Assembly: GCF_964204645.1 (NCBI RefSeq)
Contig: NC_134029.1
Span: 2,294,001-2,358,000 of the forward strand
Source of the DNA: Tubulanus polymorphus
Lineage: Eukaryota; Animalia; Nemertea
DNA: 64,000 nt
Direction of reading: 5' to 3'
Position 1 is the first letter of the stretch. Each line of letters begins with the position of its first letter. A program made the position numbers and the translations under genes. The notes below the pieces were generated by a model, which was not told the DNA's origin, ran no database searches, and saw only the letters and a list, made by a program, of their open reading frames with translations. Positions 55,468-64,000 of this stretch are shown here, in pieces.

Positions 55468-58400
55468 GGAAGTTGGTCATCAATGAACTGGTAAAATCAC
55501 ACAATGGGTTCAATTAGGGCAGCCAAATCTTTGACTTATAGCCGTATGAACAAGTATCCGTTGAAAGAATCCAGTCCAAATTTCCAATGATCTTGATTCA
55601 AATATAATCTTATCACTATTATCGAAATAACTATGTTTTATTTCTTTGTACGATTTAACTATACATGTCCTAGCGATTAGACAACTTTTACAATTGTTTG
55701 TCCCGTCTATGAATTTCAATGTAAATACATGTAATGCGTAATCATATTTCTATAAGTCATGTTATTTCAGAAGATAGTTCCATAATTTTAATACAGAAGC
55801 GACTGTAAAACATTGCGTTGTAGTCCGCAGCAGCAGCAAGCAATTTGTCATCCTCCCTCGGCAGAAAATTCGAACTTCGCGCGCCACGGCAGGAGAGAGC
55901 CAGAGTCGATATCGCGATGCCATCAGGTTCGAATCCCTGCTGAGGTAAGATGACGTTTTGATAGATCAGGTCCATATTAAATATCTTACAATGTTTATGA
56001 ATGAAGTATTTAGGCGGCATGTTTTTCCATCTGCGTATTAGATAATTGTTTCAGTAATGCATGTTCCACCGCTCTTCGAGAGAATAAATAAAGTCAAAAT
56101 ACATTTATATAAAAAAGTCTAGTCGTGACTCCATTCGTTTACGATTTATTTTCGAACTCTAATTATACATGAAAACAAAATCATGATCGAGTTTTCCTTT
56201 AAAGCGTGATATTCACAAATACCGAACGCTAGTAATTTCATATATAACTTCGTTATTCCGGACTCCACGGGCCTCGGATCTGGCGTGGCCAATGCGATTT
56301 CTCTGAACATTGATTCCCTGTTATTTTGATAATATCAGTGTTGCGAAACTTGTGAGTTAGAACACTTTTTAACTAGATCAGTAAGACCCTATTTATCCGC
56401 AGCATTTGCTGTCTTCAGTAATGTTAATTCGATCCGCTCATTTTACGTGAGTTGAGATTAAAACAAACGGAAAGAAACCAGCTCTTACTCAAACTAGAAT
56501 TAGATTCGAGTGTGACAGACAGAAGGACGACAGCTAGCAACGAGTGATTCATCTTCACCAACTCCATAGGAACACGCCGACAACCTCTATTCCGTCTGTG
56601 GCTGTCTTTGAAGGCTAATTTCTTTCATCTATTTGACATTCTTCAATGTCAGTAGATGAGGGAACATTCGGTGAATGCGTGACCGGCGAAGGACCACTTC
56701 AGGAAGTCAGAACTTAGAGGAATTCTCGTAGTCACATCGCGTATACCCGCATCTTATAGCACTGTTCACTGATGAATCTTCAGTCACCACGAACTTTAAG
56801 ATACAAATATACCTATTGCACTATGTCTATGGTGGTATTGAAATTCTGTTTCGCTACACTGGAGGATCTATTATTTTGAATCTATTCATCTTTTTTTATT
56901 GAATCGCAGTCAATATCAATATTTTGCACATGAAAATCATAATTTTTTCTTGTACAAAAAAAACATTCGAGTTTCAATTTCTCGTTTCGTCGAACTCATA
57001 ATTGGAATCGGAGAGACAAATCAATACATTTTTCAATAGATATCAATTCATATTTAGACTATTTTAAGTACTAGGATTCTATTTGAAGTTTTTTGTTATC
57101 CAATTTAGAAAAAAAGTTCTCGAAACCTTTTTGCTCCAAGTTGTATATAATACGAGTATTTACAATTTTTTCAGTACAGATAATAGGTAGCCAGGAAATC
57201 AATTTGCGGCTAAACATTTTAGATTTGGAAAGTATGTTAAAGTTTTTGTTTCCCGCGGGGTGTATTTGAAGTTCTTTTTGCGATGCATTGTAGTTGATGT
57301 TATCACAAAACTTATTTACGAACGAACTGAATATATATACATATATATCTATAGACATATTTATCGGAAAGTCAATTGTACAATTGTGTTAGAAAATGTC
57401 CGTGACCCTCATACAAACATTACATTTAAAAGAATAAACTATTTGCGTAAATATTTTTTTCATTTTCAAAGAGATATAGTGCGATGGATCGATTGAGACT
57501 TTAACGATGACAAAATACCAATAAACTGAGCCGACATGAGTTGATTAAATCAAGATTGAATTGAATTGCTCGAAATGAATATTGAAAATTCGAACTAGGA
57601 ACAAAGTGTACGTGATTTATTCTTACATTGGATTTTACATATTCTAACATGAATAGAAAGCTTTAAAGACATATTGCTACGCTCCGGTTATTTCAAGTGA
57701 AAAACAGCGGATTTTAGACGTCATTATCTTACGCAAAATTAATGCCCGACACGTTTTTGAAATTGACTTTTCTTTGATCGCATCTTGCCCCGATACGACA
57801 GATAATTACCTTCGATCCGTTTGAGATAATTTCACAGTTCGACTAATAACAAAATAATGACATCCTGATAAACTGAAAAAGCCACGTATATATATATATA
57901 TGAAGCCAGTGGCTAGTGAAGTTTACTCTGCCAACTAATTACACAAAAACGCGTAAGAAATTCCGCATCGCTGCGTCGACGAGTTTTATAAAGATTTTAA
58001 TGATGATTCAAGTCAACCCGAGGCATTTCTATTTGATTTACAGCCTTTTGAATTCATTTTCAGTTACTATTAATCTTTTTCTTCCAACAAGTGATAGGTA
58101 TTCCGGAGATGCGCCCGGGGTTTCTAATAGGCATACAAAATATCGAAATTTCTTCGTTCATAACTTTTTTTCAAAGAGTGCAGAAAAATGATCTGCGAAA
58201 TATGCTTATTTCCCAGAGCCAAATTCTGAATGGCGGGTTACCTCGGAACCCTCGGGTCGACTTATTCGATTCCCTATAAGAAACTCTAAAATATTGAAAT
58301 CGTCGTAGATTAATAATTCAAAAAGAAGTCGCGTCGAATTCTCGATTAGTGGCGAGAAATTTCATAATAGGTTCAATATATTCTAATCAGCGGAGACCCG

Positions 58401-61400
58401 ATTTTACCCGAGGCCCAACACTCAATCGGGAAGGAAGAGTTTACGACTCGTAATCGATATCTCTCACACACCCAAAGGATGAAAAGTTTCTGCAAATTGA
58501 AAGTCACACTATTTCGCTATCGTCAATATTCGGTAAAACGTATATTCGTAGAATTGCCGCGAGTGACTTCTCAAAATCAGAATGCATTCTACATTAAAAT
58601 CGTCTGTTCATTCGCTAATAGATCTGCAGGGCATTTAGAAAACCCAATATCTTTTAAATGCCATAAGTTTTCATCTAGTTGATTACGAGATGATATACAC
58701 GCGTTGTATGTATAGAAATTCAATTGTTATAGACAATGTACAGATCCTCCGCTACGTTGAAAAAAAAATGAGTTTTGTAGTTTGTGTATTTTCCCGGTGT
58801 CCCCTTTACAGGAATGAATATCCAATACTCAAACAATGAGGCCACGTCGTGTTGGCTGTTTCCTAGATGTATCATCAGAAGTTTGGAAACGACTGAAAAA
58901 TTGTAGTCGCAATAAACATTCTTAGTCTTCATTCAATATGGTGGCATTTCCAACGAATTATTCCGTTTCAGTAAAATCGCAATTCCTATAGAAGTCACTG
59001 TTTATATTCGGTTTATAGAGATTTTCACTAAACTTTAAAAATGACCCCGTAATGTAATATAATAAATGTGGTATTTAGATGTTGTTTCTATTCCGCGTCC
59101 GTGGAAACCGGTTTTTTATTCTCAAATATTGACAGATGACTCCGGATGAAGTGTTTCGGTTTGTACGGTATTTGTCATCACGCATTAGTGGCTGAAGTGT
59201 CGTAAAAAGGTAATTTATGTCCTCACTCGATGGTTGTTCATTTTTCCTGCTCGCTAAATGTACGTACACTCGTGCCATTCATCGTGGCACCGTTCTCTGT
59301 TTCCTATCGGTTTCGTGTGGCCACGCATTCTGAGTGGAGCACTGCAGCAGCGAGTGGTGCAAACCATCAACGCCGCTGAAAGTAATACCTCACTTTTTGT
59401 TCGTATCAACTCGTATGTCTGGTATTATTTAGACAGCGGTGACAAAACCGTACGAATTGCTGAGTTATTTCCTCGCTATTCTCGCCTATTAATATATAAT
59501 GATGGAACTAGATTGACTCAACTCACTGACGTATAAAACACGTGCAACTCGATTACATTTTCTTAGAAATATGAAAATGAATTGCACAAATAATCAGCAT
59601 CCAGTTCCACAGAAATGGGTTAAACTGGACATAATTGTATTATCAAATCAGAATCGAATTGGTTGCCCGATGGGCATGTTATATCTGACTGACTGATTAC
59701 TGATAAGCGCTAAAAATATATGAGTATATGAATAATTCCTATTTCTAAAAAGAAAAAATCTATATCAAAGATGTGTTTGACATAAAAAGCTATGACTTCA
59801 TACAAGCATTGCCTATGGGTAGATTATCAGAGTAATTGTAGTGTAGCGACAATTCCTAGTTTACTATACGTCTGAAAAATGACTCATATCCCTCCCTGTT
59901 AGAGAGAAAAAAACGTACGTTCGTTACGTATTGACCAAGGGTGAGAATAATGAGAATGTGATAATTGAGAGACAACTGGCGAATTAATTGACCATGTTTA
60001 CCAGCGTGAAGCCTGACAGAATCGACAAGTCATCACGAATCTTCCCTGTAGCGCCTAGTGTCTGCCTTTCAAAAGACGAGCAAAGAAAGCTGATATACAT
60101 CACATACTCGGTATTGAATGCAACAATCCGGTAATAATTAAGACCGTAGAATGAATTTTGTCCACGGAAAGTTTTTTTTCCGCGAGCGAATGCAATGCAA
60201 TAATAGATGATTACGTCATCGGAATTATAGATTTCAATATTACCACGTAGACCGACTGAGGAGAATTTCGTATAGATTTCCGATACGTTCATTAACGGTG
60301 AGATTAAAACCAAGACTTTTTAATCATTTTCTCATTAACGAATGTCGATGTCTTTTGACGCCGTGATTTCAAAGGTGTCAGCGCCAGGTGAACACAGGTG
60401 CAGACGACAGACAATTCGAGAAGTTTTCAATTCGCTCGAATCCCGGATTAGCCGCGGTTGATTATTAGCTTTTGAGACGGATGATAAAGAAAATCGAAAC
60501 CTGGGAAAAAATCCCGAGTCGCCTCGGCGCGCGTCGTGGAGTCAAAATCGATCGACGCGTGCGCTTAATCGAATCGGAGCGATGACCGCACATGTGCTGA
60601 CCCCTAGTGTCAGTTTGATTTGCGAGGAAGATTCTCCGGGGTTCGCGGGTCATTCCTGTTCGCGCATCGGTCTAATTAGATACAACCGCCTCGTTACAAA
60701 CTAGCCGTCCGTGTAAACTGATAAAAACTTCCGGACATAACGTGTCCCTCGCTTACCGCTGCTCGCTTCAGGCTATATTCACCGCTATATTGACGGGATG
60801 CGTTATAAATAAACTTATTGATGATTTCATTCGATTTCATTACGGCTCAGTATTCAGTCAATAAACACCAGCGGTGATCTGTAACTTGGTCAGTAACGAA
60901 CAATAACACGCGACGATATTCAAGACAACAGATCTAAACGACTAAAGCCATCCGGTCCCCTCGTGCGCAGTCGACTTGGACATCGACCAAAAGAAAAGAA
61001 TATGCTTATATACTCATTTTCAGAAAGTTTCAGCGTAAAATAATGATCTCTATTCATTAGGATATTTCCTATAAGCAGTATACAGTGGTGGTCCGTCATT
61101 ATTGCCAGTTATGATATGGGAACAATTTTTTTTCTCCAGAAAATCCTAGAAACATCAAGGTAACACAAATTCAATGAATTTGTCATCTAGATTAAAATTG
61201 CTGCTATCGTCACTTATACTTTATAGAGTCTGAAAATTCTTCTATTTGTCCTGGAATCTACAGGTTACAGCTCGATGACCATCCCCGTATTACTTCTATT
61301 CGACCGCACTATACTTCCGATGCTGTGCTGTATATCATACAAAGATGTTTTCCAGTTCCTTGATTTTTGTCTAGTGGAAACAATTTTTCACGATCCGTTG

Positions 61401-64000
61401 CGCAAAGACTCGTGCGCTGACTTGTGTTCGCCGAGTCATAATTTCATTTAACTATCTGCAGAGTCTGTATGTGTGCAACTAAGGATAAACCGCCGCCTCT
61501 AGCAGTGCGGGTTCCAGCGTAAAAAATAATCTATTTTGAAGACAACGGGAGATCTATCATACTTCAGCGTAATTACTCTCCGAAAAACCAGTTTTTTTCA
61601 AAAGACAATTTTCTAATCGCTAATTGACCAAAAATAAATGTGAAATTGTATAGGAGCGCAAAGTTTCCGAAAAAAAGGATTCGAACCTCGAGAAGATTCA
61701 CCTGATATTCGGGAGTCGAACTAGCAACCAGTGTTTCACTAGTTCCGGTGCCCTTACTACTTCCGTACATAGACTTATAATGTAATCATATCAATGAATA
61801 AATCCAAATGTTGAACTGGTTCTTGGTTGAATTAATTCTTCAAAGAATCCTGACTCAATACTACAGTCGCCAGTTCAAAAAACTGTGCAACCGGGTCCAG
61901 ATGTTTCTGAGATTACGTAATAGATGTTATTCGAACAGACATCAATCTTCATCTAGGAAATCAGTAGATTGTGTGACTGACGGTATTTTCAGTACGACAG
62001 TCAGTTGATGAGGAGGTACGCTTCAATACGTCATGTAATGAACTGAATGTAGTTTGTATTCACATCAAGATTATAAATCATTAGCAATTCGCTGACAGTC
62101 GATTTAATTACACTCTACTAGTCAAATAGAACTCTTTTTTTTCAGCACAAAGTCGACTAAATTGCCTCTGTTACGCGCAGCACTGACCAAGATGTCTCAA
62201 CCAGTGTTTCATTTGACCGCCAATTGACCGGCACTTGAGTGGTTGAACCATGGACTCTGAGTCCATGATATGAGGAGTTCTATAATCTCAGCGAGTGAAT
62301 TATATTTGTGTAAATACCCCCTTCTCCCTCCCTCCCTTCGTTCCTCCCTTCTCATTGTATGCGGGTATAAGCGATATAATAAATCACATCAAACTCGAAC
62401 ACTCTACTGACCGGAACCTGGCACAGACTCTTATGAAATGATGAAAAAAAAACAAAACCACAATCAATTGTAAAGTAGTTTAATGTCTCACCGATATCAA
62501 GTACACTATTGGAATATTTTCTGTATTGATTTTGGAATCTCGTGGGAAGTGAATATCGAGTTCAAAACCCCAGAAACGATTAATGCCGGAACTTTCTGGT
62601 ACTTCCTTGCTCGAAAACATGCATATTCTTTGTTTCCGAGCTTTTTGTGTGTTTTGTTTTAATGTCAAAACTTGCTTCCTCATAATCTAAGAAAGTCTTT
62701 GACATTTCGATGAAATTCGTTTTATCGTCGATTTCTCTCTATTTTATCCTGGATCTTGTTCTAGCGAATCTCGAACAAGTTTCTATGAAAGAAGCTCTAG
62801 ACAAATAGGTCGTTTTCTCATCAAGTGATTTTTCTCTTTCGATGGAAAGAACACGGTTTTGCTCGGTGTATTGAATTTTTTCCTCTCTGTCTTTTTCTCT
62901 TCGTCTACGAAAAAAATTCCCCATCGATCAAAATGCACCGACGGACGACAAATTGTAGCCCTTTCGACTGAAACGATGCGCCGCCAAACCGTTCATTACT
63001 CTCTATTACAAATTCAACGCGGACTGAAGGAGTTTATCGCAGTTTTCCCCGATGGATTTCAACCGTCTCTCACCCGTTTGGCGAAGCGATTCAAATCTAG
63101 CTTTTTACCATTCTTCGTCGTTGACAAAAGAAGTTAGCGAACGAAACGCCGGGCATAAAAACTGCCGTATACGAGGCGGGTGATAGTGTAAATTACGTAT
63201 TAGTATTCCGATCCTGTATTACGGGTATTCATTGATATCGGAATACATAGAAATGGTCACGAACGTCGCATCAGTTTAATGAATTTGTAACTTCTTGATG
63301 GCTGTCATCGCGAATAAACGGACCGAACCAGTAAAGCCTGATGGATAGCTCTAGTTTCCTTATCGCTATTAACCCCTCGTCAACTAGATTTGCGCCGTTT
63401 ACGTTTCGTGATCTATTCAAAGCCGCGCCGGCGCCCGATTTGAAATTTTCTTTTTCAAACGAATGAATATTGAACGATATTGAAACCGATTTTAGATACG
63501 CGCACGGTACGAGATATCACCACCGCCGCCGCCGCCGCCAAATAGACGGTAGTTTAATGTGAAAGGAAAGTGAAAGCCAATTATAGGATTTTGTTTACTG
63601 ATCGAATTGATGAATGATGCTGTGTTTGTTTGATGTCGGCGTGCGGGAACGACTAGATGAGTCTCGGAGACCAACCGTGTCCGGCTGAATGCGCTAATAC
63701 GCTGCTGGGTCTCTGACATTAAAACCGTGTGACTCGCCACTGGAGCGCATTTTTTCCTGCATTCATCATTTTCCAGTTGCTAACTGTTTGTGATGTGCGT
63801 TCAACGGGAAATAGTATTCACAAGTTATTCACGGCTGCAGTAAAGACTGCATGTTTACCGCTGGTTGCGTCGATCGTGAAATGTTGTCGTCACTGTTTAG
63901 AGAAAATGCTAGAAGTCAATGAATGTGAAAGTAAAGACATTCTATATACGGTGCATCAAAATACATCCAACTCCTTGTCTGTGACAAATTTCATTACTGT

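Overview
AT-rich, gene-poor eukaryotic genomic DNA with spliceosomal introns, micro/minisatellites and short TIR elements. It is most likely an invertebrate, probably a lophotrochozoan, but the species cannot be fixed from sequence alone. Supported genes: (1) three phase-compatible + strand exons (24661-24762, 26888-27068, 28003-28403) encoding a ~227-aa tail whose motifs (DSGxGGS, LCxxIxxLFF, C-terminal TDV) resemble the cytoplasmic tail of invertebrate protocadherins, with no ectodomain ORF in the preceding 24.6 kb; (2) a tRNA-Glu(CTC) with a CTCF-like site about 20 bp upstream; (3) an LHFPL3/4/5 (TMHS)-family tetraspan gene with an uninterrupted CDS. The leading hypothesis is that the three exons are the shared 'constant' region of a protocadherin locus whose variable exons lie upstream of the window, with a candidate internal promoter, a candidate micro-exon and candidate insulator elements nearby. 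Most other ORFs in the track are repeat artefacts or noise. There is no CRISPR array.
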